Positions 38,201-51,700 of a stretch of DNA of 64,000 nt are shown here, in pieces (the first letter of the stretch is position 1; each line of letters starts with the position of its first letter). The position numbers were made by a program, and so were the translations under genes. This DNA is from Antedon mediterranea (lineage: Eukaryota > Animalia > Echinodermata): contig NC_092676.1 of the NCBI RefSeq assembly GCF_964355755.1, positions 14,340,871 to 14,404,870 of the forward strand. Reading direction: 5' to 3'. The notes beneath the pieces are model-generated. The model saw nothing but the letters and a program-made list of their open reading frames with translations. It was not told where the DNA came from and did no database searches.

Positions 38201-39669
38201 GAGAACTACTTGTCCAAAAAACTTCATTTTTTAACAAGAGGCAAGAGTTATAATTTGTGATTTGTAATTTTAAAACATAATTAGATTTAATGTGCACGTT
38301 TTTTGATGCGAGTAGTTTAAAATGGACCTGAAATGGATTTTCGATTTTTTTCATTTTAGAATGATGTTTTGGGGGCTATTAGGTGTTGCTAGAAAGTATA
38401 TTGTTACAAAATATAAATTGGCCCTTTTGGGGAAAGCCCCATTTGAAAATCAAAAATATTCGCGGGTGACGTCACTTTGCGAATATATTCCTATCCCTCC
38501 AATGGACAATTTGCAGTTTTTTGGCTATAACTCTTGAAATCTATGAAATTTTTTTAGATAAAATTAGTACCGTATAAACGGTTATTCATCGAGTAAATGA
38601 CGATTTAAAATCTTAAAATCAACGGTTTTTTTCTGGCAATACCGAAGTTGGCCTGGCAACGTTGTCCGGGATACAGCTCCGTGCGCAATGATGCGTATCC
38701 ATATTTTCCGTTCGTGTATTTTGTATATCGTTCATAATTTATACTGCTAAAATGTGTTAGTTTCTTTAGTTTTTAGTTTAGCAGAATTAAATTAGTAATA
38801 TGAGATGATAATTTATTTGTCACGAATCAGGCAGTTCGAAAACGAATTTTATTCATATTTTACTTTGGCTTGACAATGAGCGCAGCAAGTTGTTGATATC
38901 GCTTTGGTCCTTGGGATGCACATGAAACGGAGCCTCGCCGCATGATGTGGGTGGTGGATCGACTCCGCGCGCTGGATTGGGGGCCTAGGCCTAGTAAAGG
39001 TTTGGGAGGTAGATGCTTTCTAAATTCGGGTTTTAGAACAAACGAAGTACATTTTAGGGACCTATATTTCAACAACATTAGATATTGAATAAATTAGTAT
39101 TAGTGTCAACGCTTCGCGTATCTTTCCAGGCCGTCGATCATTCACTGACTATCGGGCGGCATACACGCTCTCGATATCATCGTGTGTATATGTGACGTCG
39201 TGAATATAGAGGCTTCCGACGGCCGTTGAAATAGAATATTGCAATGGCGTGAGTAATTTTCGCTAATTTACCATGGTATCTTCAAATTTCGTTTTTACTC
39301 AAAATACTATACATTTTGTTTTTATTTGTATGGGTTTGTGTTAATTTGATACATTTAAATAACATGTGTGAATTTCTTGGAAATCGAAATTCCATTTCAG
39401 GTCCATTTTAAAAAACCTATTTCTTTTCAAATTCACTCGTTTGATTTTCGCGTTGCTGTTCTATTGCTAGTCAACTGAAGCTATTGTTAATTGAAAGGCT
39501 TGTTACATAACCATTACACCAAACTCGCATACACATGCTTGTAATGAAATTAGCCTAAATCACAAACAGCATTAAGACTAAAAATATATATTTTTTTTTT
39601 AACCGGAGAAACCTTATGTAGGAGAATTTTACAGTAGGCGGAGGTATGCACTCTCGGAGTGGCTTTCTA

Positions 39670-39741
<72 letters not shown>

Positions 39742-42700
39742 TATTATTATTATTATATCGGTGGCTTGTGCTACATGTATGACCTGTGTACAGTAGAGAA
39801 GGGCCTGTAGTTGGCATCTTAAAGATACAGTATCCTAGTATTACAACAATTATATGGTACGCTCGCTTTGCTAGTGTACCATCTAGGTCGTGCCCACAGA
39901 TCGTTCTCGGTTACACATTTCAGAGCAAAAAAAATGGCGATGTCAAATGTCTGTTCCACAGGACTAAAATACATGTGGTTTGCAGGAATGAATAAATAGC
40001 CGCAGTGATTTATGTAGTCAATTAAAATTAGCACCCTGCCAATTAGTTCAGAAAGAGAAACTTGTCACAAAATGAGTCAAAATGTTTGAGTAAAATTTGT
40101 TTTTTGTATGTAACATTAGGCCTGAGGAATGGTGAAGGAGATGGGTGCAAAGAGGAACCATTTTTAAATATATTCTTTATCCATAACAAAATATTTGTTT
40201 TTATGTTTTATAAATATTATAACACAGTAAAACATTTGCGATTTCATACTTTGTTGAAACTGTTACTGTCATATAGTCGATTTAAATAGTAAAGTACATG
40301 TAACGATACACCACTACAACGTTTATATTTTTTGTAAATATTATTATTTATTAATACAATTAACGTTAGTAATCAAGTTTATTTGTATAATTATGTGTTT
40401 AAACAGTACCCACACTCACAGTAAGAAATTTGCGCTTCAAATGGCGACAAAAATGATTTATGTATTTATTGTCAAAGTTGTTAAGTTTATTCCACAAGGG
40501 CCCATAAATTTGTGTTATACCAAATAATTATACTGGGAGACTGAGCAGTTATTAAAAACAATTATTGTAGAAAGGTAAATGCGAAGCTGGATTCACCAGA
40601 GTAAACTAACATCAAAATCCAAAGCGAAGAAGACATGTTATTTGTTGTTGATGATACAGAGCCCTCTAAAAGCCAGAATTTTGTACAAAAAATCTTTACA
40701 GTCTTGAACTTTGTAATCTGTTTGTTTGTTTGTTTGTTTTTTTTTGGTTTTTCTATAGGCCTACACTGTACAGTGTGTATTCATCCACCAACCATACTTA
40801 TCTTCAACAGTAAAATATTTAAAAATGAATTTAATTCAGAAACAATTTCCTGGCATCATGACATCATACTATTTTTAAATTGTTGTTTTGTTTCTTTTTA
40901 GTTTGAAGTAACTGGTTCAAATTTGACATCATTGTGCAAACTTATCTTTAAGATTAGTAAAAATAAAGAAAATGATATTCTTTTCCAAAAGAATAATATA
41001 TTAGGTAAGCATGTGTTATTTTTAATGTATTTTGCTTTATTTATGCTATTGGTCCTAGCGGGAATTTGGCCTTAAACCATCTCAAACCCAGTTAACTCGG
41101 CAGATAATGACTATTAAATATTTCTTTTACACATAAAGACTTTTAAATGAATAAAATTCAAATATAAAGTAGTATAAAAATAATAAGCATGATATTACCA
41201 ACTTTCTTTATTACTAGCCATCTACAGTACATTAAAAATAATTACTAATCTTTACTATGTTAATGATGTGCCTATAAATTCTTGTATTAAATATAGCAAA
41301 GAACACTTCAGCGTTAAAAGTAAAATAATCTGAAGCAGCAAGACTATTAGTATTAGTAATATCACAAATAATAGAAACTATATTTAAAAATTACTATCAA
41401 TGTTCGCCTTTACCGCGTGTACTGTATCTAATTCTGCCATTTCAATAGTTACCACTATTTGCGTTTCATGCTTTTATTAGGGCTGAGTTGACCAATTAGG
41501 TTTAGGCTTAGTTGACCAATTAGTTTCAGGCCTAGTTAATGTGAAACTGACTTGATGTGAGCCGACTTGCCTGTGGCCGAGATGGTTTAGGGCTGACTTG
41601 ACTGGCACCCCTAGAGGATCACAAGTGTTTTATTACTAGTAGTAGGAGACTTCATAATTTCAATTTATTGTTAATATCGGAATTATTCATTTACAGATTT
41701 AATTGTAAAGTTGATAGCTTCAACTAATTATCAGAAAGTTTCAGATGCATTGATCTACTGCATTGGAGCCCTCAAGTTCCTGACTGGAAACAATGCTATA
41801 CTTAAAGATCTAGCTGACTATGGCTGTACAGAATCATTGGCTAGACTTCTTATTAATATCAATACAGCTGTAAGTATAAATAATAAAACATAAATTTATT
41901 AACAAGCTTTAAATCCAAAATTGCTGTGAAAAGTTTTTAGAGCACCCTTGTACCATAATAGACTAGTCCTGGTCCACATCTGCACCCTCTTGCTTATCAA
42001 TTATCAATTTTCTCTCAAATTTTAATATGTGCTTGCTCAACCAATTATCTCTCTCATGAGTCGCACCATTTTTATTTTGATGATGTCATCATGCCTAAAA
42101 GGTTGAATAACATTGGTCGTGTGATTTTAACTACCGGTACACTGTATATTTGAATATATTGCAGCTCTTCAGAATTAAAGGTGACTTTGATGTTTATAAC
42201 TTATTATGAAAGCTGCTAAAATGTAGATATGAATTCATATAAAAATTAAGCCTATCGGATCATATCGCCATTTAATGTTAAAAAGTAGTTTTTTTATCAC
42301 TTTCGTCAAAGCACTGCGCTTCTACATGCTCAATGTTCTTCCAAATCTTTTTTTTCATGTTGATTTTGATACATACTACCAACAAATTAGAATACCGTAT
42401 ATTTCGGTGTATAAGTCGCACTTTTGACACGCAAATTTGACCTCTAAATTAAGGGTGCGTCTTATACACCGAACATAAATGCCTCACCACACAGAGTGTA
42501 CATATCGTCACCTCGTTGGCTAGGCCTGAGTAGGCTAGGCCTAGCTACAGTGTACTAACGTAACGGCAACCTGCTTCTGCCTAGTTTTCAAGGCATTTTA
42601 GCGTGATGTTATACTAAATATGATGAAAAGATTTGTTTATTATGGAGCTGTTTTAGGCGCTCCGATAAAATTTCATTTGTAAACGTTTACGATTGGAATA

Positions 42701-45700
42701 GGCCTAGTATTTATTTATAGTTATACGCACGATCGCCGACCGCCGTACCCCCAGCGCAAGCCCTTCTTGGCGGCCACATGCTGTACGGTATTCGATTAGT
42801 ATATTCTCCAGGTGATTATAGCATGGACCTAGCGTACACACTTCTCGGATACATAGATACTAATCGAATACGATTTTCCGTGAAAACGTGCGCCCTCTCG
42901 AAATGATCGAGCGAGGCTAGCCCACACACGTGCGTGTTACACACACGGTCATCCCATGCACTCGATGTTGCGGGTGCGAAACTCATGAATAACAAGTTAG
43001 AAACAACTTGTTGAGGCTGGGCGCGGCCGAGCCTAGGTAAGAAAAAACCTAAATAAAGGACGCCGTTGTAGATATACAAAATATATTATTACAATAAAAT
43101 TGATTACAATTTAAAAAAAACATTGTTTTGATGAAATATAAGGTGCGTCTTATACATCGACGATATAAAAAATACCGATATTTTACTCTTAGTTAGGGGG
43201 TGCGTCTTATACACAGGTGCGACTTATACACCGAAATATACGGTATATGTCACATAATAGACCCAACTCAGCTATATATGCATAGAACTATGCATCAGGT
43301 CAAAGGATTGCATACATTAACTTTTACAATCGTATTTTAAGGTACTGCATGTTTTTTTAATTTAAATTTCAGTGAAATTATAAATGTTTAATATTTTGTA
43401 GACAATGGAAGGATTGCCTGTTGCTCATGGAGTGCCAAACCTTCTACTTCAAGTCACAGGTACATTGAGAAATTTAGCTGACAAACCAGCCACACATGCA
43501 ACATTTATATCATGTCAAATCATTCCAGAACTTTGTAAAATTATTGACACATTCCCATTGGATGGAGATTTGATGTTTAATATCTCAAGAATACTCAGGT
43601 AAGGAATTGGGTGTACCTAAACTTAAATCATATCTTTAATGTTATGCATTTGTTTTGTTGTGTTGCATAACACAAGATAGACATGCCCCAAGTCTGTATT
43701 TTTTGTCTTTTTTAGGTTATATGCGTTATCATGCAAATAACCTTATTGATTCTGTCAGAATCTTTATTTATTTTTTCCTTAGCACTACTTTGTCTTGATC
43801 AATTTCATCTAGCTAAGTCAATTTTTCAGAGTATATTCCTTATGGCCAGGAATTGATGTGGTTATCTTTTCAATACTGCACAATCAAAAATTACGTGGTC
43901 TTTAATAGACACGTTTCGCGCTCGCGACCAATCAGAAATAGTGGGTATAGATTTGTAAACAAACCGAACACCTCTCGCCTAGTGCGTGTTGAAGCATAGC
44001 GAAATGGCAACTGCCGAGTGCTTTTGTTGCAAGGTGCATCATAAATGTTGTATATGTTGGATAAATCGTGAATTTAACTACACAAAATCACTGATTAATA
44101 TTCCTGTTTTTAATTTTCAAACACTTGCTGAGTGGTTTGCGTCGGCTCCGAAGGATAGTGGCACAAAATCTTGGATTTTTTCAAGGAAAGGTACGTCCAC
44201 GATGTGCTCGTGTCTCTCCGCCCGCCCGGTGGCGTTGCCTGATGCGGTACTTCGTCTACTAGGTCTAGGAGGCTTGGGTGTCTGTTTAAGCGCCGAAGAA
44301 CATCACATAATACATGGAAGATGCAATAGGAGCATGAAGAAGAATGAAAGATAATAATTAATATATTTACGCAACATTTGTAAATAAAATCAACAGTTAA
44401 CATGTATTAAATGCACCGTATTATATATGTGTCAAACCAAAAATGACAATACATAAATAAAGTCGATGATTCCGAACCAAATGCCCAAATAATTCTACAG
44501 TGAATATAAAACATAAGTTTAGAAAATAAATAACATTACCATGCCATTCCATCAAAAGGCTAGTTTTGACGATTGCTTTCTAAGATGATCATCTCTCAGT
44601 TCTCCCATGCTTTAACATACCTCTCGCTGTGTTTGTTTACCATTGTATACCGACTAAAAGGTCAAACTGACGGTGACCTCGCGAGCGCGAAACGTGTCTA
44701 TTATGTACTTATTATATTAAACCAATATTTCATCATATGACAATACAAATACGTGTGTAGCATCTATAACGCATGCAATATGTGCCCTTACAATTTTCAA
44801 AATTGTCAAAACTTATTTTCGATGAAATTAGAGTACAAGCAATTGTAAGCGTTTAAAAATTGCCATGAGTGCGCAGAATATTGTACACATTAAACATTTT
44901 AGTGCGTGTTAAACTATAGTGCGCACTATTTTTGCATGATTTCTGTTTTACAACCTTCCTTTAGTAATTTTATCACATTTTATTCACTTTTCAACTTCAA
45001 AACCACGTTATACAAGCACTATAAAAGGGACAGGCTATGCACATGTAAGTAATAATAAAATAGTAAAAATATGCTACATTTTAAAATTAATATAGATCGT
45101 CAAAATGCTAGGGAAACCCTATTTTTCATTTCATTTTCTTAAAGTGTATGTATCATATAATAATCTATCTGCACCAAAGTGGTTACTGCATAGTAAATAC
45201 ACGGAGGAATCTTTCTTCTTTCAAAATCTCAGTATACACTGCTGTCGCGTTGTGTCCTGATTCCTCCTCTGAACCACTGCACACGTAGGGGCAATTTTGA
45301 CAACTACGACATTGTGAGCATGTGCAGTCGTGAGCTTTAAAGCCAAAGTGAGCACAATTGGCCAATCACAGCGCCAGATACGTCGTCGTTAAGGAGAATA
45401 TTTCTGTTTATATCACTAAATGTCGTTATCATTGGTTAGGATGAAGAACAACTGACATCGTTGTCCAATAGAAATACACCCCTCTAAATTTCTACTCCTT
45501 TATTGTATCAAACAATCAATACAAAAGGTAGCCAAGATATAGCCGGAGCTACAGTAATCAAGCTTGGTACCTTTTAAAAACATCTTAACTTAAGCTACGA
45601 AATTAACAAATAAATAACAGAACTTAAAGGAAAATAAAAATGTAATAACGTCAAAAACAAAACAAAAAAATTTTGAATAGCATAGCTTTATATTCATAGT

Positions 45701-48700
45701 AAACAAGCCAGATTTCGCTTAGAAAATGGCAGCATTTGAAGACGATTCTACAGGCAAAAAATTGACCAAGTTTTCAAAATCTTACAAAAACATAGCCTTA
45801 CAAAATGTATTTTTTTTACTTGTTGTAGTTGAAAAATAAAAAAAACACAGTATGATTCTAGTAGAATACATAAAGGTTCGATTTAATCGATAAAATATTT
45901 TTTTTTAATTTATTTTTTGTTAACATGATTTTGCCTATTCTAGGCTGTTCGGGGATTACCGACAAGCGACTGGTTTGGCTTGTCTGTGCCACATATAGGC
46001 CTATTATAAATAATTAAAGATTCCAACAAAATCAATCAAACAATATATCTTTTAAAAATCAATTATCTTTATTTAAATCAATGCATATAACCTATAATTC
46101 GTCATAGTGATGAATTAAATCGAGTTGTTTTTATTTTATTTTTGTCTTTAGACTTGTCATACACATATTGAAATCGATTTGCGGACCACAAACATCCAAA
46201 AAAGAACGATGTATGTTATCATACTGTATTTAGCTATATAGGGCAGGCAGTATGTAATTGTAAATATGGATTTTTGAATCAACCAATGATCAATCGGACA
46301 TCATTTGGTTTCAAAATTTAAAAAGAGTACATACAGTATTGTGTTATGTATGATCGAGACTGAAATAACAACTGTAGAACTATAATGTGACAGGTATTAT
46401 TATAGACCTAGAGTGTTGCAGAGTTTTTTTGTTAATTCTATTGTCTAGTCCTAGCCTTGCTGTACATGTGCGTATGACCTGCTCAATAAATAGGTACTAT
46501 ACCACTGGCACATAGCTGCCACACACAGGGCAGGGTCTGGGTGGGAATTAATCAAATTATTTCTGCATAATAATGATCCATTCAATTTTTGATTTTCGGA
46601 GAAGTTAGCCTATCATATCAAATCCCATCAAATGTTTACCAGACTATTAGGCAGATAAAATCATTCTAGCCTTCAGAAACTTTCATCATCTCATCATCAT
46701 TTTGCATCGTCTAAACGTAACATAGAGCATATGCATCATCTTAGTTGTTGAATCTTATCTTTTTACTAATATTAAGTCAAAACTCCGTCTGGAACCCAGA
46801 CTAAACCAACAAGTGTCTCATGGTATTGTGCGGATACCATGAAACTTGATGGCTAATTGGACATTGTGATATCATCATAATGACCGTACAGATTTCAAAC
46901 AACAAATTATTCTTATTGCTGTTATTATTTATTCAACCAATTCTTATGCTGTTAAGTTATGTTGTAACTTGATCTATGCAATCATCAATGCATTACTTTT
47001 CACTTTGAGTTCGGAATGACAGATTGGAATGTTTTCAATTCTGAGAATGTGGATGAATTGGCGGAAACTGTTACTGCTTATATCAACTTTTGTACAGATA
47101 ATGTGATGGTAATTTTAAACCATGGATCAATAAAAACGTAATGGAGATAATTAAGAAAAAAAGACGAGCTTTTAATAATGGTGACGTTGTCCAAGTTAAA
47201 AGTATTCAGAAGGAGTTGAAACGAGTAATACATAAGAACAAATTAGAGTACAAAATCAAAAGCAAATTCAAAAGTAATAATATGAAGCAAGTGTGGCGCA
47301 GAATGTGTGAAATGAGCGGATATAACAAGCAAAAAGCATTACCTGTAATATCAACAGTACCAAACAATATGCAAATGAACTTAATGAATTCTTTAATAGA
47401 TTTGACAAATACAATTTCTGGAGTAAAAGATTGAAAACTAAATTTACGATTATCATCACCACCATTGTGGAAGAGGGGCGTTGGGAATAGGGAGATAGTC
47501 GGGATTTTGCTTAGGCTATAGGCACAGTAGGCTATCAATTTGACCAGAATTGTGGATGGAAAATGTTACAGTATTTAATTATTCCTGGGAAACGGCTGGG
47601 ATTTTGGGGTGGGGATGGAGGCCTATGACCGAACTGGGAATGTTTTAAACTACATTTGAAAACTGCCACTGAGGGATTATGGGTTGGGAGTGATGGCTAA
47701 CATAATTTGTTCTGGAACCATCTTAAAAACATCACCCGGTTTCTGGGGTGTGTTGGGAGGAGGAGCGAAAATACTGGCGTAATGAAGTAGCCTAGGCCTA
47801 TATGATTGAATTGTACAACGAAAACTTACTAGGCCTACATTTGAACTGTCCAGGGGAGGAGGTAAGGTTTGTTGATTGCGGCTGCGATGGTGAGAGGAGA
47901 AAGAAGGCCGGGGGACCGCAGTATCAACATTATATATTTTAATTATCAGCCAATATGACACCTACACATTTACACAGTTTACAACGTACTTAAGCCATAG
48001 GCCTATCATAGCTATGTATGCCCTCTCAATTTGAAGCTACAGTTTAATCGAATTTGTCCTTCACTGGAAAGAGTGTGGGGTGTTATTAAGGGGTGTAGGT
48101 ACTGAGATACTGGCGTTGGGTGTTATGTACTGAGAAGGCTTTAAACTAATGTTGAAACCCGCCCTGGGGCGGCTATAATTGCTAGTAGAAAATATGTTCA
48201 TAAATAATTTAATTATTCTATAGGCTATTTACGCCATCTTCACATCGTCAAATGTTTCCTAAACCAAATTGCTATGGAATTCACAATAATATTGACTGGA
48301 AAGTTATTAAAATGGAAATAATTGAATGCCAAGTTTTAGTCCTTTAATGTTTGTACCCGGTATTATTGGGTATAAACAAATGTTGTATATCCGGTATTGG
48401 GAAAACAATTATTTAATCGTATTTGCCTGTAATATATAGCACCCTCTATCATTTTTCTGTAAACTTGCAATTTTTATTTAGTATACATACCTTCATCAAT
48501 ATCCAGAGGAAAACCCATATTCCATAAGAATTTCTTAAACTACAGATATTTTTATTATTGAATTGACAAAAATCAGGAATTCCAAATAAGCTGTAATGAC
48601 GTCACATGGCGTCATTAATATGCAATTACCTTTTTTTTTACTCCCAACCGTAGAACAACCTTTTACCCACCACACACCACAACAATTATCATATTTAGTA

Positions 48701-51700
48701 TTCTTTTGCAATTTATTAAAATCACCACATTTTTTTCTTAAATAAATATTATGCATATATGTGGGACTAATGCTGCACAGTGAAAGGGTTAACACTTCTC
48801 TTTTTTCAGGAAAACGCACCAGTTGATTAAGATTACGTTTATACTTATGTATGCAATAAATATAAAAATAAAGTTTTAAATGATTTACTGCATTTTTTAA
48901 ATTAATTATATTTTAGTAATGCTGAACTGAAATGCATTCAATGCTTTTTTGTTTGATGTACCACAGGAATTTGTACCATTTTTCACTTCAGTATATTTGT
49001 ATTTGTACTGTGGGTTAACAATAACATAACATTTTTTTTTTTTTGCAGTAAATTAACTCTAAATCAAGAATGTTGTACTATTCTTAAAAATCACCCAACA
49101 ACATTCACCTCATTTCTGATGCTAATGAACAAGCATCTATCCAACATGGAGTTGATAGTTCGGCTTTGTTTTATTATGGGAAATTTAACAGCAAAGAGCA
49201 ATGACTGTCGCTATTGTTTATTTAACACAGAAAATGCCATGGAAACTCTACTGTCTGTGTTTCGAACCTATTTAGAGTTAGATATTGTGGTAAGTTTTTT
49301 TTTTGTAATTTTTTTTTATCTCCCCATGGGTGAAAAGAGTCTATGAATATGTTATCCAAATATGGCCGGATAAATCACTCCAATCATAGAAATACATTTC
49401 CAGATAGAATAATCAATCTGAATAATGGAAATGTGAAATTTAATGCCACTATTGATGTATCATATTCAACATGGATATCGAAAGATCGCCTTCATTTAAT
49501 TATAAAAAAATTTACAGCAAAAAACAAATATTGTTTTTTTAGAATCAAAGATCTGATGAAACGCTTAAAGAAAAATTCACAAAAAGTCTTCAATTGTTAA
49601 AAGGACAAAAGTATGAGGATATATTTATTAAATTAGTTCGTGTGATTGCTAACTTGTCGATAAATCAAGATATTGGACCACTAATAGCGGCAAACCTAAA
49701 TTGTATTGAGCTTTTGTTGCAAATACTAGGTAAGTTATTTTGTAAGAATCTATATAAATCGCGCGTTACTTCTAGAATATTTACTCGATGGTATATAAAG
49801 TTGGTTCGTACTTTCGATACTGATTTTAACCACCTGATGTAACCCTGTTTACTAATTAAATTGAGTTCGATAATTAGTTATTGACAATTAAAACAAATTT
49901 AGGTTCAACTATTTGCCCCAAATATAGGTGTTTTCCGATAGTGGTATACACTGTCTAATGGATGTCTATCTTAAAAAATACCCGCACACAATACAGTAGA
50001 ACCTGTGTTTTACGTACCCTGATTTTACGTTCCCTCGATTTTACGTACGCTTAAAATAACCGATGACGTCATCATTTTCTTACATTGAGGGCGCAATTTA
50101 ACAACAACAAAGCACACAAAGCCACAATCATGGCTGTGTGAGGAATTCCGCTGTGTGTGGGACGAGCTACGCACATGCATTCCCCCTAAAGCAGCGACTG
50201 TTTTTATTGATAGAAAACAATTATATTTTACACTTTATTTAAACATCGTACAGCCTGTATATACTGTACTTTTCTAGTTAGGTCTCACATCTTGCTAGGC
50301 CTGCTAGCCTGGCCTGAATAGTCTAGGCAAGGCCTAGGTCTAGCTAGTGACCACCTGCATACTGTGTACAGAAGTAGGCAAATACGGCTAGCTACGATCT
50401 CTACGTATTTGGGGTCAATTTAAGGTCAACCTTGATTTTACGAATCCTTTCGGTCCCGTACCGTACGTAAAATGGAGGTTCTACTGTAATACGAAGATGC
50501 TTCGCATTTTCCTATCTCCTCCTACGATAATTGTTTTTAATAGCTGAAAACCGGTTGAACAGCTCGAGTACAGCATCATAATGTTGAAGACAGACTGATT
50601 TCTTTAAAAAATACTATTTTGATAGATTTAATATACGTTTATACATATGCATTGATTTGAAGCTTCAAATTCCTCGGTAAATAGAGGGCGCATTATTTCG
50701 ACAAATACTTAGATTAGAAATGAAGATTCATCGAACTAGAAGTGTAGTTATATTATAAGAACTAAACTAGGTCATTTTTGGCTCGCATTTTTGGTTACCA
50801 ACCAACCAGCGAATTAGGCCTACTGATGTGTACATGGTTACGTAAACAAGAATACAAATAAACTTTATAAATAAAAAATTATGAAATCAAATGATTATCA
50901 AGCAGTTAAACTAAGTCTCATTTAAGGCTTAGGGAGTGCAGTTAAAAGAGTGCGAGTTATAACCATATATGACACTAGTGAGGATTGAACCTCGAACCTT
51001 GGGATTGGAAGGAAAACACCAACCTCCATGATACAGCTCCACTCCAATGGCTGTCAATGGTGAAAACATAACGGCACACAACATACACATGCATCTTTGT
51101 AGTTTCTTTTCTCCAACTACAATTTGGTTTTTAATTACTCCTGTACATCATTTTACAGACAAACAAAACTTTATAGTATGCGTTTTCATAAATAAGTGAA
51201 TAAGATACATATTTGTGTTTTCATTGACGAGATTGTAATACTATAGTAACTTCAATAACTATTACAGTACTTATTTGTTATACGACACAAGACAAGTGTA
51301 TCTGATAAGTACATTTATTCGAAAAAAATAAGTCTAGATCCCCATAGGCGTCATAAATCACGGCCCAACCAATCAGTACTCATGACTCATGAAATTCGAT
51401 CCAGTTTTCAGGGCTGTAACCAGGATCTGTCAAGGGGGAGTTCGGACACTGACACCCACCCCCAACCCCCATGGTGAGTGGGGCCTGAGGCGAAGCGTAT
51501 TCTAGATGGCCGAAAATGGTACTCTAGTCTTGTTAGACCCATTGCAATTTGCTTACCGATCACTCCATAGTACCAGTGATGCGATATATTTTAAATTACA
51601 TAAATTGTATTCACATCTAGATAATGTAAAGAAAGGCCACTCGGCACATATTATGTATTTTGATTTTCAGTCTGCGTTTAATACCATACAACCCCATATC

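Noticed and set aside
50975-51047. tRNA-like sequence on the - strand
   Set aside because: A B-box-like GGTTCAATCC is present but the stems are degenerate; at most an old SINE head, not a tRNA gene.
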